Assembly (NCBI GenBank): GCA_043811535.1
Contig: JBDRNC010000021.1
Coordinates: 1-64,000 of the forward strand
Source: Elusimicrobiota bacterium
GTDB taxonomy: Bacteria; Elusimicrobiota; Endomicrobiia; Endomicrobiales; JBDRNC01
DNA: 64,000 bases
Reading direction: 5' to 3'
In this document: piece after piece, positions 46,852 to 54,954 of the stretch
Layout: the number at the start of each line of letters is the position of its first letter
Position numbering within the stretch: the stretch's first letter is position 1
The notes under the pieces: generated by a model
Told to the model about the DNA's origin: nothing
The model's input: only the letters and a program-made list of their open reading frames with translations
The model's database searches: none
Made by a program: the position numbers and the translations under genes

Positions 46852-47329
46852 ATGAAAGTTAAAATACTAAGAGCCGAAAGGCGTCATCTTGATTCCATCG
46901 TAGAACTCTGGAAAGAAATGGTAGATTTCCACGCGTTGAGGATAAGCCCGTACTACAAACGGAGAAAAGGTGGACATATTGGTTTCAGGAAGTTTCTGTC
47001 CGGTTCCATGAAACGAAGAAACTCGAGGGCATTCGTCGCGGTCGAGGGGGGGGAAGGTGCTCGGCTTCGTGCTCGCGTTCATACAGAATTGTCCGCCGGT
47101 ATTCAGGATAAGGAAGATTGGTTTTATATCAGACCTGTCGGTAACGGCAAAAGCAAGAAGGAAAGGGGTGGGCGGTATGCTGTTCAGGAAAGCGGTCGAA
47201 TGGTTCAAAAAACGCGGCATGAAAAGAGCCGAACTTATGGTGGCGGCGGGAAACGCAATAGGTTATCCGTTCTGGAAGAAGTGCGGTTTCAAAGAAACGG
47301 CGCTCCGCATGTACGCGAATATAGAATAA
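46852..47329 (+). pseudogene. GNAT acetyltransferase frameshifted at G8 run (47046-47053)
   Basis: N-half in ORF 46852 (..AFVAVEGG), C-half in ORF 47057 (VLGF..ARRKGVG..FWKKCGF); removing one G fuses them. Confidence 0.8.
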
Positions 47330-47360
47330 GGACTGACAGTATTTGTACGCGGATATTTAA

Positions 47361-47939
47361 ATGAAAATACTCATCATTTCAGGCAGTCCTAAGAAAGACG
47401 GCAATACGGAAACGCTTATCCGCTGGTTCAGTGAGGGCGCGAAGTCTAAAGGCGCTGAAATAGAGCTTGTCCGCGCCGCAAATCTTAAATTGAAAGCGAA
47501 CGGGTGCACTTCCTGCAGGCTATGCCAGAAGAATAAGGAGTACGCCTGCGCTATAAAGGATGACGCCTCGGATGTTATCCTGAAAATGGCCGCAGTCGAT
47601 GTTGTAGTGATGACTACCCCGCTGTATTTCTTCGCCATGAGCGCCCAGTTGAAAGTAATAATCGACCGCATGTTCTCTCTGTACAAGTGGGACAACAAAG
47701 CTGGTACGATGGAAACCGTTATGAAAGGAAAATACTTCATACTTCTGGCAAGCGCGTACGAGGACATCGGCCTGAAAGAGCTTGAGTACCCGTTCAAACA
47801 GACGGCGGAATACACGGGCATGAAATTTGAATCCTTGCTTGTTCCCGATGCCGGTGAATCCGGAGAAATAAATAAACTGTCAGGAATACGCGAAAAAACG
47901 ATAGAGTTGGGAAAAAAGATTGCAGAAGTGAAGGGATAA
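47361..47939 (+). CDS. Flavodoxin family / iron-sulfur flavoprotein
   Basis: GSPKKDGNT, CTSCRLC..CAIKDD, TPLYF. Confidence 0.88.
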   Translation: MKILIISGSPKKDGNTETLIRWFSEGAKSKGAEIELVRAANLKLKANGCTSCRLCQKNKEYACAIKDDASDVILKMAAVDVVVMTTPLYFFAMSAQLKVIIDRMFSLYKWDNKAGTMETVMKGKYFILLASAYEDIGLKELEYPFKQTAEYTGMKFESLLVPDAGESGEINKLSGIREKTIELGKKIAEVKG

Positions 47940-47941
47940 AT

Positions 47942-48388
47942 ATGATAATAGACAAGCTGAAAAACGCGGAGATATATTATTCCGTCCATCCCGGTTTCAA
48001 GCGGGCCTTTGAGTTCCTCAAGACGCATGAGTTGGGCAAGCTTGCGCCGGGCCGACAAGAAATCGACGGCGATAATGTATTCGCGCTGGTAAATGACAGC
48101 CAGGGAAGGGGTAAGGGGGCGGGGAAACTGGAAGCTCACAGGAAATATATAGATATCCAGTTCACTGTTTCGGGAACCGATGTCATTGGATGGAAACCGG
48201 CGGACGATTGCAAGGCAGTGGAAAAAGAATACAGCGCCGAAAACGAGGTAATCCTGTTTTCGGACAATATAGACGCGTGGTTCAATGTCCCTTCCGGAAC
48301 ATTCGCGGTATTCTATCCTGACGACGCGCACGCTCCGCTTTCGGGGACAGGAACTATGAGAAAGATTATCGTGAAAGTCATGAAATAA
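47942..48388 (+). CDS. YhcH/YjgK/YiaL family protein
   Basis: EAHRKYIDIQ, FYPDDAHAP. Confidence 0.9.
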   Translation: MIIDKLKNAEIYYSVHPGFKRAFEFLKTHELGKLAPGRQEIDGDNVFALVNDSQGRGKGAGKLEAHRKYIDIQFTVSGTDVIGWKPADDCKAVEKEYSAENEVILFSDNIDAWFNVPSGTFAVFYPDDAHAPLSGTGTMRKIIVKVMK

Positions 48389-48457
48389 TCAGCTTTTTAC
48401 CAGCAGATAGACGATTGCGGCAGTGATGCGGGATGTTAAAAGCGCTGTATAATAAAA

Positions 48458-48490
48458 AAACTCTTCCGGAGGGGGAAACCGGAAGAGTTT
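48458..48490. terminator. Bidirectional terminator between convergent operons
   Basis: AAACTCTTCCGG / CCGGAAGAGTTT with A run before and T-rich after. Confidence 0.75.
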
Positions 48491-48513
48491 GTGTTTTTAT
48501 ATTTGTTGTTGTA

Positions 48514-48652
48514 GCAATCTTTAAATCTTTCCAATCTTTCAATCCACCTACGCCCCTAAGAATCGGGGCTACGGCGGATTTCAGCTTGCCGTGAAAGTCA
48601 TATTCATGTGCGGGCTTTCGCCCGCAGAGCTTCAATCTTTCAATGTTTTAAT
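48514..48652 (-). repeat. AAAGATTG octamer arm interrupted by GC-rich hairpins after Spy-like gene
   Basis: Minus strand aaacattg aaagattg [gcgggcgaaagcccgc..aaatccgccgtagc..gcgtaggt] ggattg aaagattg..aaagattt aaagattg. Confidence 0.75.
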
Positions 48653-49207
48653 TTATAACGGCATTTTCATGAAAGGGCCGTCCATGCAGGGCCCTTTGCC
48701 GCACATGCCGGGTCCTTTCATGCCCGGCCCGCGCGTGCCTTTGCGCATTTTCTTCATTTTATCATCCGTCTTTTTCATCCTTTTTTCCATCATTTCATTC
48801 ATTTTCTTGAATTGATCGGGCGTGAGTATCTTTTTCATCTCGGCGACCCTGTCAACCATTGACTCAAGCTGTTTTGCGTGCAGTTTCTTTAATTCTTCTA
48901 TAAGCCCGTCCACTTTTGTTTTGTCCGTTTCCGCCTTATTGAGCACTTCTTTCAGGTCTTTGTGGATCTTTGTCATCTCCGCGCGAATCTCTTTCATCTG
49001 CAGTTTGCACGCGTTTCTGTGCTTTTCTATCTTGTCTTTTTGCTCTTCGGTGAGTTTCAGCTCTTTGGCGGATTTTTCAAAATCCTTCCGCATCATGTTC
49101 TCTCCGCCTTTGCGGTTGTCGTCGGCGGATAACGCGCAGCTTCCGGAAAGAATAAACAGCGTCATTGCCAGCGCTTTTAAGAATTTCTTGTCTTTCATGT
49201 CAGTCAT
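48653..49207 (-). CDS. Spy/CpxP-like periplasmic protein
   Basis: Signal peptide, LKLTEEQ and ILTPDQ (LTxxQ) motifs. Confidence 0.82.
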   Translation of the reverse strand: MTDMKDKKFLKALAMTLFILSGSCALSADDNRKGGENMMRKDFEKSAKELKLTEEQKDKIEKHRNACKLQMKEIRAEMTKIHKDLKEVLNKAETDKTKVDGLIEELKKLHAKQLESMVDRVAEMKKILTPDQFKKMNEMMEKRMKKTDDKMKKMRKGTRGPGMKGPGMCGKGPCMDGPFMKMPL

Positions 49208-49233
49208 GCCTCCGTATTATTCTTTTCATATAT

Positions 49234-49262
49234 TTAGACAATCCGGGCAACAATAAAGTTTC
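49234..49262 (-). promoter_or_regulatory. Candidate ECF promoter of Spy-like gene
   Basis: GAAACTTT-N13-TTGTCTAA, identical boxes to 50354-50382. Confidence 0.75.
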
Positions 49263-49779
49263 GCGCGTTCCTGCCGAGTATAAGCTCTTCCGCCGCCGTC
49301 CCGAGCACGCTGTCGGTTTCCGGGGTAATTTCAACTTCTTCGTAAAGGTAGGAAAAATAGCTTTCTCCGGCCTCTTCGGCGCTTTCGGCGGAAAATGTGT
49401 CAGAGTCAGCGATATAGGTGTCTTTCCGCTGGTTGCTGATTATGAGCGCGGAAGCTAATATAAGCAGACCGCAAAGTGAAGCGGCCAGCGCTACCCTGGG
49501 GAAAGTGAGCCAACCTTTCATTATAACGGCCGGATTTCTGACGTCTGCGGTATTCCTGTTTTCTATCCCGTTTTGGATATTCTGCCAGATGTAAGACGGG
49601 GGGGATTCTCTTTTAACGGCTTTAAACGGCTCTACCGCGGTCTTAATCAGGGTTTGCTCGTATTCCTTGCAGGACTGGCAGGACGCGAGATGTTCGGCCA
49701 GCTGCCTTTCGCTTTCCGGCGAGATCTCATTGTCCAAAAAATCAGTGATTAACAGCTCCCTGGCTTCGCTGCACTTCAT
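49234..49779 (-). CDS. Zinc-finger (zf-HC2) anti-sigma factor
   Basis: HLASCQSC (HxxxCxxC), single TM; overlaps sigma stop. Confidence 0.88.
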   Translation of the reverse strand: MKCSEARELLITDFLDNEISPESERQLAEHLASCQSCKEYEQTLIKTAVEPFKAVKRESPPSYIWQNIQNGIENRNTADVRNPAVIMKGWLTFPRVALAASLCGLLILASALIISNQRKDTYIADSDTFSAESAEEAGESYFSYLYEEVEITPETDSVLGTAAEELILGRNARNFIVARIV

Positions 49780-50330
49780 TGTAATTCACCTCCGGCGGCG
49801 AGTTTCACCAGCGTTTCACGCGCTCTTTTAAGCCACGTGCGCACCGTGTTAATATTTGTTTTCATTGTCCTGGATATTTCATCGTAGCTCATGTCTTCAA
49901 AGTTCCTTAATATAACGCATGCCTTCTGGTCGGGCGGGAGCCGGTCAAGCAGTTTCTGAAGTTCTTTCGCCCGTGCGGCGTCTTCCACTTGTTTTAGAAG
50001 TGAATTTTCAACAGGCCCTACATTTTCCAGTGATTCAAGGTCCACGTTTTTACCCGCCTGCCTGGACGCTTTTTTAAGAGCGTTAAGCGAAGTGTTGACG
50101 GTAATCCTGTAAAGCCATGTGTTGAACGCGGAATCGTGCCTGAATTTCTTGAGTTCGCCGTGGATCTTGACGAAAACGTCCTGCGTGATCTCGGCGGCGG
50201 CGTCATACGAGCCGGACATGCGCAGGGCCACGTTGTACACGAAACCCGAAGAGTTCCTGTATATGGCTTCAAAGGCGCCCATGTCGCCGCGGGACGCCCG
50301 CATAATAGTTTCCTTTGTGAGTTCTTCCAT
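49776..50330 (-). CDS. ECF RNA polymerase sigma factor
   Basis: EITQDVF, FNTWLYRI, SYDEIS..INTVRTWLKRAR. Confidence 0.93.
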   Translation of the reverse strand: MEELTKETIMRASRGDMGAFEAIYRNSSGFVYNVALRMSGSYDAAAEITQDVFVKIHGELKKFRHDSAFNTWLYRITVNTSLNALKKASRQAGKNVDLESLENVGPVENSLLKQVEDAARAKELQKLLDRLPPDQKACVILRNFEDMSYDEISRTMKTNINTVRTWLKRARETLVKLAAGGELQ

Positions 50331-50353
50331 AGCTATGGTTCCGCTCGCATTAA

Positions 50354-50382
50354 TTAGACAAACCTGTTTTCGGGAAAGTTTC
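50354..50382 (-). promoter_or_regulatory. Candidate autoregulatory ECF promoter
   Basis: GAAACTTT-N13-TTGTCTAA just upstream of sigma gene. Confidence 0.75.
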
Positions 50383-50468
50383 AGCTTCCGTATGAAGATA
50401 ACATATCATTTTATTCAGGAATAACCAAGCGCCGCAAACTGAGGGTGATTAAATGGAGTCAGAATAGA

Positions 50469-50576
50469 TGATGGTTGAGCGGTAAACGTTAAATGGTAAA
50501 CGTCGAGCAATGCAAGGAAGTCGTTTGTTTTGGCTGTTGCCGTCACTAATTGCCGATCGCTAATCGCTAATTACTG
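50469..50576 (-). repeat. Hybrid element: AGCAATT-type arm plus non-complementary ACGTTTA-type arm
   Basis: Minus strand cagtaattagcgattagcgatcggcaattag ... acgttta ccattta acgttta. Confidence 0.7.
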
Positions 50577-50579
50577 TCG

Positions 50580-51605
50580 TTAAAATATATAACATCCGAC
50601 GCCGGCGCAGAACGTGTAGCCGTCTATCGGCGGTTCGAACAGAAATTCCTTCTTGCCTCCGGTGGATGCGTCAACCGCGGTCAATTTGACAGCGCTGTCC
50701 CCCTGGTAGCTCATGTAGGCAAAATGCACGCCGAAGAAGAATCCCCGTTTATTGCCGGTTTCAAATCCCAGGACAAAAGGAATTGCCGAGTTTGATAAAG
50801 AGGCTGTTTTCCTGTCGCTTCCGCTTGTGACAGTGCCCTGCGATGCCACGCCGTACATTCCGGTAGCCAGATAAATTTGTTTTCCGTAGCGCACGAGGAA
50901 GGCCTGTGAACTTCGAGAAACCGTCTGGCCGGACTCAAGGAACATCCCGTCAAGGGAGCCGTCGCCCTGTCCGATAGAGACAGAGAAATTCCTGCCGAGA
51001 TTCCCTATGGCCTCAACCCCGGTTAGACCGTAAAAACCGACCGCGTATAATGCGACGCCGAAATATTTAGGCGGTTTTTCGGGCGGCAACGCGGGGGGCG
51101 GAGAGGGTGGGGGCGCGGTGGAGACTTCGACCAGGACCTGAACCGTCGGCGGCTTAAGCAGGACCTGGGGAGTCGGCGCCTGGAGAAGCTCGGTTTTTCT
51201 GCGGGCCTCCATGAGCGCGTCATATTCGTTTTGTGCCAGGGATACATCGGTGCCGGTGGGCTTATATTTGAATAAGATCCTTTCAAGGATAGACATCCGT
51301 TCGGTTTCAGGATCGCCCGCGTTTTTGCGCTTTAAGTAGAAAAGCCATGAATCCAGGTAATTCCTTTCTATTTTGAACTGGGTAAGCTTTATCTGGTAAC
51401 GTTTCGCCTTGTATTTCTTCAGAATCCTGTCTATCACGGCTATCCGTTCAGCTGGACCGGCGCCTTTGGCTACCATCCTGGCGTAATATCTTTTTGATGA
51501 TTCAAAAGTTGTAACGGTTTTCGGTTTCGGCTTGGCCACTGAAGCCGAAACAGAACAAAAGATGAATAAAATGATTAAAATGCCGCTGATTATACGCATA
51601 CACAT
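50580..51605 (-). CDS. Hypothetical exported protein: repeated helical N-domain, Pro-rich linker, beta-barrel-like C-domain
   Basis: Signal peptide; PPPSPPPALPPEKPP; amphipathic strands ending GVGCYIF. Confidence 0.6.
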   Translation of the reverse strand: MCMRIISGILIILFIFCSVSASVAKPKPKTVTTFESSKRYYARMVAKGAGPAERIAVIDRILKKYKAKRYQIKLTQFKIERNYLDSWLFYLKRKNAGDPETERMSILERILFKYKPTGTDVSLAQNEYDALMEARRKTELLQAPTPQVLLKPPTVQVLVEVSTAPPPSPPPALPPEKPPKYFGVALYAVGFYGLTGVEAIGNLGRNFSVSIGQGDGSLDGMFLESGQTVSRSSQAFLVRYGKQIYLATGMYGVASQGTVTSGSDRKTASLSNSAIPFVLGFETGNKRGFFFGVHFAYMSYQGDSAVKLTAVDASTGGKKEFLFEPPIDGYTFCAGVGCYIF

Positions 51606-51887
51606 AGTATAGCCTATATTTCTGAAAAATCAATGTGATTTTAGTCCTATTGCAAAGTGCGTTAAATCACGTCAAGTTTTGTGGATAATGGTTGAATTTT
51701 CTGCTACAATTATATATATTCTGATATAAAATAATACTATAAATAAAACCATTTTCTATGATTTCCATTCCCCGGAAATTCAAGGTTTTGTTCTCGTTAG
51801 GCCTGCTGTTCCTGCCTGAAATGACTTGCATAAGGCTGTGGGAAAATTCGCGATAATAAAATAGCGGTCAAAGAGGATTATACCCCC

Positions 51888-52778
51888 ATGTACCTTCCGG
51901 ATTCTTTTTACGAAGGCACTGTAATCAGGCCGCCAAGCGAGGCGGACAGCCTGATATTCCAGGTCACGCTGGGATGCACGGATAATTCGTGCATCTTCTG
52001 CCCCGCATACAAGGATAAGAAGTTCAAAATTAAGGAGATATCCGATATCGAGCGCGAGATGAAATACGCGGCCGGGATGTTCCCGGGAACGCGGAAGATA
52101 TTTCTTGCTGACGGCGATGCGATAGCCGTCGGGCAGGAAAAGCTTGTAAAGATACTTGAACTTGCGGAAAAATACTTCCCCGGGCTGACGCGCGCGGGGA
52201 TATACGGTTCAATAAAGAGCCTGGAAAACAAATCAGTCGAAGACCTCAAGGAGTTAAAAGCGCTGAAGCTCGGAATCATCTATCTGGGGTTCGAGACTGG
52301 GGACCCGGATGTATATAAATTTATCGGGAAATACGGTTCGCCGCAGGGCAATATTGACGCGTGCGAGAAGGTAAAGGAAGCCGGTATCAGGACAAATGTA
52401 ACCGTAATATCCGGCCTTGGCGGGAAAGACATGAGCCGGGCGCACGCCGAAAACACGGCAAAAATGCTTAATAGGGCCCAACCTGACCAGATAGCCGCGC
52501 TTACGCTTATGATCGTGCCGGGAACAAAATTGCATGCAATGAAGGAAAAGGGAGAGTTCAAGCCGCTGGACGATTTTGAGTTCCTGGCAGAACTTAAGAT
52601 TCTTATAGAAAATCTCGAGGATTTCCGCTGTCAGTTCTTCGCGAACCATGCGTCCAATTATTACCCCATAGCCGCGCGTTTCCCGAAAGACAAACCCGCG
52701 GTAATCGCGGAATTGACCCGGCTTCTCAATGCTGGAGATAAGTCGGGCTTGAGGCCCGAGTGGACGAGAGGACTGTAG
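51888..52778 (+). CDS. Radical SAM protein
   Basis: RPPSEA, GCTDNSCIFC cluster motif, FLADGDA, NHASNY. Confidence 0.87.
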   Translation: MYLPDSFYEGTVIRPPSEADSLIFQVTLGCTDNSCIFCPAYKDKKFKIKEISDIEREMKYAAGMFPGTRKIFLADGDAIAVGQEKLVKILELAEKYFPGLTRAGIYGSIKSLENKSVEDLKELKALKLGIIYLGFETGDPDVYKFIGKYGSPQGNIDACEKVKEAGIRTNVTVISGLGGKDMSRAHAENTAKMLNRAQPDQIAALTLMIVPGTKLHAMKEKGEFKPLDDFEFLAELKILIENLEDFRCQFFANHASNYYPIAARFPKDKPAVIAELTRLLNAGDKSGLRPEWTRGL

Positions 52779-52781
52779 TGG

Positions 52782-52812
52782 CAGGGTCCAGTCGCCAGGG
52801 TCCAGGGGCCTG
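52782..52812 (+). repeat. GGGTCCA-family single arm
   Basis: cagggtc cagtcgc cagggtc caggggc. Confidence 0.75.
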
Positions 52813-52874
52813 TAAAAACAAAGACACGATTACATAAATCCTTTATCCTACATTTTTGGTATAATCATATTTCA

Positions 52875-53951
52875 ATGAAAGCAAAAACTCTGCTAATTGT
52901 CTTAATGATCACCGCCGTGTGCGTCGGCGTCCTGCGCGCGTCAATCAAGGATATTGAGCACAAGGCCGAAGTAAAGGAAACCATAGTATCGTTCAGCCCC
53001 AAGATAGAGCTTATCCTTCCCAACGGCGCGATGGACCTGAAGCTCAAGCAGAAGTATGTGAACACCCTGATAGAATTTCAGACAAAGTATGATTACCTGG
53101 ACAACTATATCTTTTCGGACCTGGACATGTCATACCTTTTTGACAGAACATCGTTCGGGCTTGACCTGTCGGATAAAGTGGATTTTGAAGAGCTTTTCGC
53201 GCAGAGAACAACGCTTCAGCGGATACGCCGCGTGACGCCGTATGTCGGATACAACCTGACCGATAAGGTCAAACTCACGTTTTATAACAGGTTCGGCAAC
53301 AGTTATACCGTACTGCTTGACAGCAACACCGTTCTGGAAAGCGGCAAAGACGTCAAGCCGGGAGTTAACCTTATGTACAGCTCGATTGACGAATCGGGCG
53401 AATTGACGAAAGGCATCAAGGCCTCCATAGACGTAGGGAAATCATTCGCGATTTTCGGAGGCGAATTTGATTACACGCAGGCGGAGGCGACCCTTCATGA
53501 TTTCACGTACCTATCCGACAAGCATCACATAGAGACGAACGTGAAGATAGGGTACCCTTTGTCGCTGTTAAAGAAACCCGTAACCGAGATATACGGGCTG
53601 GGCGGTTTTGACATGTTAAGGGGATATAAGATCAAGGAATTTGAGGGCGACAGCATGGAATACCTGGGCCTTAAATACCGTTTCCCGCTGATTTTGAAAA
53701 GGGATTTCATGAACCTTTCGCTGGACGTTTTTTCGGTTGACCTGCAGTATGAAATTGGAAAGACCGGCACGAAAGAGATATTTGACACTTTCAGGGACAT
53801 GAAATCAAGTTTTGGTTTCGGCGCCGGTTTTGATCTTACTTTTTTTGAGACCGTAAAGACCAAATTGAACGCGTCGGTAAACCAGGCGATGGAATCCCGC
53901 AGCCCGGAGTTCTATTTCAGTATTTACGCGGTAAGTTACCTTATGAAATAG
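52875..53951 (+). CDS. Outer-membrane beta-barrel protein, Omp85-like
   Basis: Signal peptide, LGGFDMLRGY (VRGY-like), SSFGFGAGF. Confidence 0.6.
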   Translation: MKAKTLLIVLMITAVCVGVLRASIKDIEHKAEVKETIVSFSPKIELILPNGAMDLKLKQKYVNTLIEFQTKYDYLDNYIFSDLDMSYLFDRTSFGLDLSDKVDFEELFAQRTTLQRIRRVTPYVGYNLTDKVKLTFYNRFGNSYTVLLDSNTVLESGKDVKPGVNLMYSSIDESGELTKGIKASIDVGKSFAIFGGEFDYTQAEATLHDFTYLSDKHHIETNVKIGYPLSLLKKPVTEIYGLGGFDMLRGYKIKEFEGDSMEYLGLKYRFPLILKRDFMNLSLDVFSVDLQYEIGKTGTKEIFDTFRDMKSSFGFGAGFDLTFFETVKTKLNASVNQAMESRSPEFYFSIYAVSYLMK

Positions 53952-54074
53952 ACGCATTCCGCTGTTTTACGCAGCCGCGATATTTTTATACAATACCTTG
54001 TATTTGACTGAAAAGCTATATACAATATTATGGCCTAAGGACGCGCTGCGGACGCTTTTAAACGGTTACCGGAT

Positions 54075-54902
54075 ATGGTTAGAAACGTCAAATTAAACAC
54101 GGATGTCATCCTTGTCGGCATACAACTGCTGTTCTTTGTCCTTTTGATAATCTTTGTTTTTCCTCATTCCAAGGATGACAGGATAATAGGCCAGATACGG
54201 AAGGATGGAGTGAGATTTGAAACAGGGAGAGTCATTGTCTGGGTTGAAAAGGATTACCTGGACAAAAAGGCCATCGAGGAATTCGGAGAGCTCGCGGACA
54301 AGGGCATCAGGGATATCGAAAATTACCTGAAAATCACCTTTGATAAAGAACATTTTTCCGGAGAAAAACCCGCCTATTTCCTTAAAAGCGGCAAATTTAT
54401 TTCACGCTGCTGTGAATGCAACCCTCTATTCAGAAAACCCTATATAATCCTTTGCGGCTCATACCTAAAAACCGCTCCCTATTTGTACCTGACGGTCAGG
54501 CTTGTCGCGTGGAACAGCAATGAGCGCTGGCTGCAGGACGGTCTCGCGCTTTATTTGAACGATAAGCTCGGGGGCTGGCCGACATGGCCGAATTTCGGCG
54601 TGGACCTGGACCTTAAAGCGAAGAATTATTTTGAAGACGGCAATCCCCTGAAGTATTTCGCGCTTGAAATGTATAAGAAGATCGGAGAAAACACGGCCCC
54701 GCAGTTTGAGATCGGAGAATATGAGATATTTTCAGTTCTATCGGCTTCATTTGTGAAATACCTGGATGATAATCTGGGCACGGACCAGTTTATGTCGATA
54801 TACGAGTCAAAAAACCCCAAACAGACGATATACCAGCTTACCCGGAAAGGCATGGACAAATGGAAAGACGAGTGGTTGAGCTATATATGCAAGGAAAAGT
54901 GA
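54075..54902 (+). CDS. Membrane-anchored hypothetical protein, peptidase-MA-like fold without HExxH
   Basis: N-terminal TM; WLQDGLALYL, SASFVKYL..G. Confidence 0.55.
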   Translation: MVRNVKLNTDVILVGIQLLFFVLLIIFVFPHSKDDRIIGQIRKDGVRFETGRVIVWVEKDYLDKKAIEEFGELADKGIRDIENYLKITFDKEHFSGEKPAYFLKSGKFISRCCECNPLFRKPYIILCGSYLKTAPYLYLTVRLVAWNSNERWLQDGLALYLNDKLGGWPTWPNFGVDLDLKAKNYFEDGNPLKYFALEMYKKIGENTAPQFEIGEYEIFSVLSASFVKYLDDNLGTDQFMSIYESKNPKQTIYQLTRKGMDKWKDEWLSYICKEK

Positions 54903-54954
54903 ACGGCAGCGGCGATCATCCCGACAAAGCCTGGATTATCCAAAACAAGTAAAT

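Noticed and set aside
47357..48331. 324-aa minus-strand ORF
   Set aside because: Antisense shadow of the well-supported flavodoxin and YhcH genes, with no motifs.
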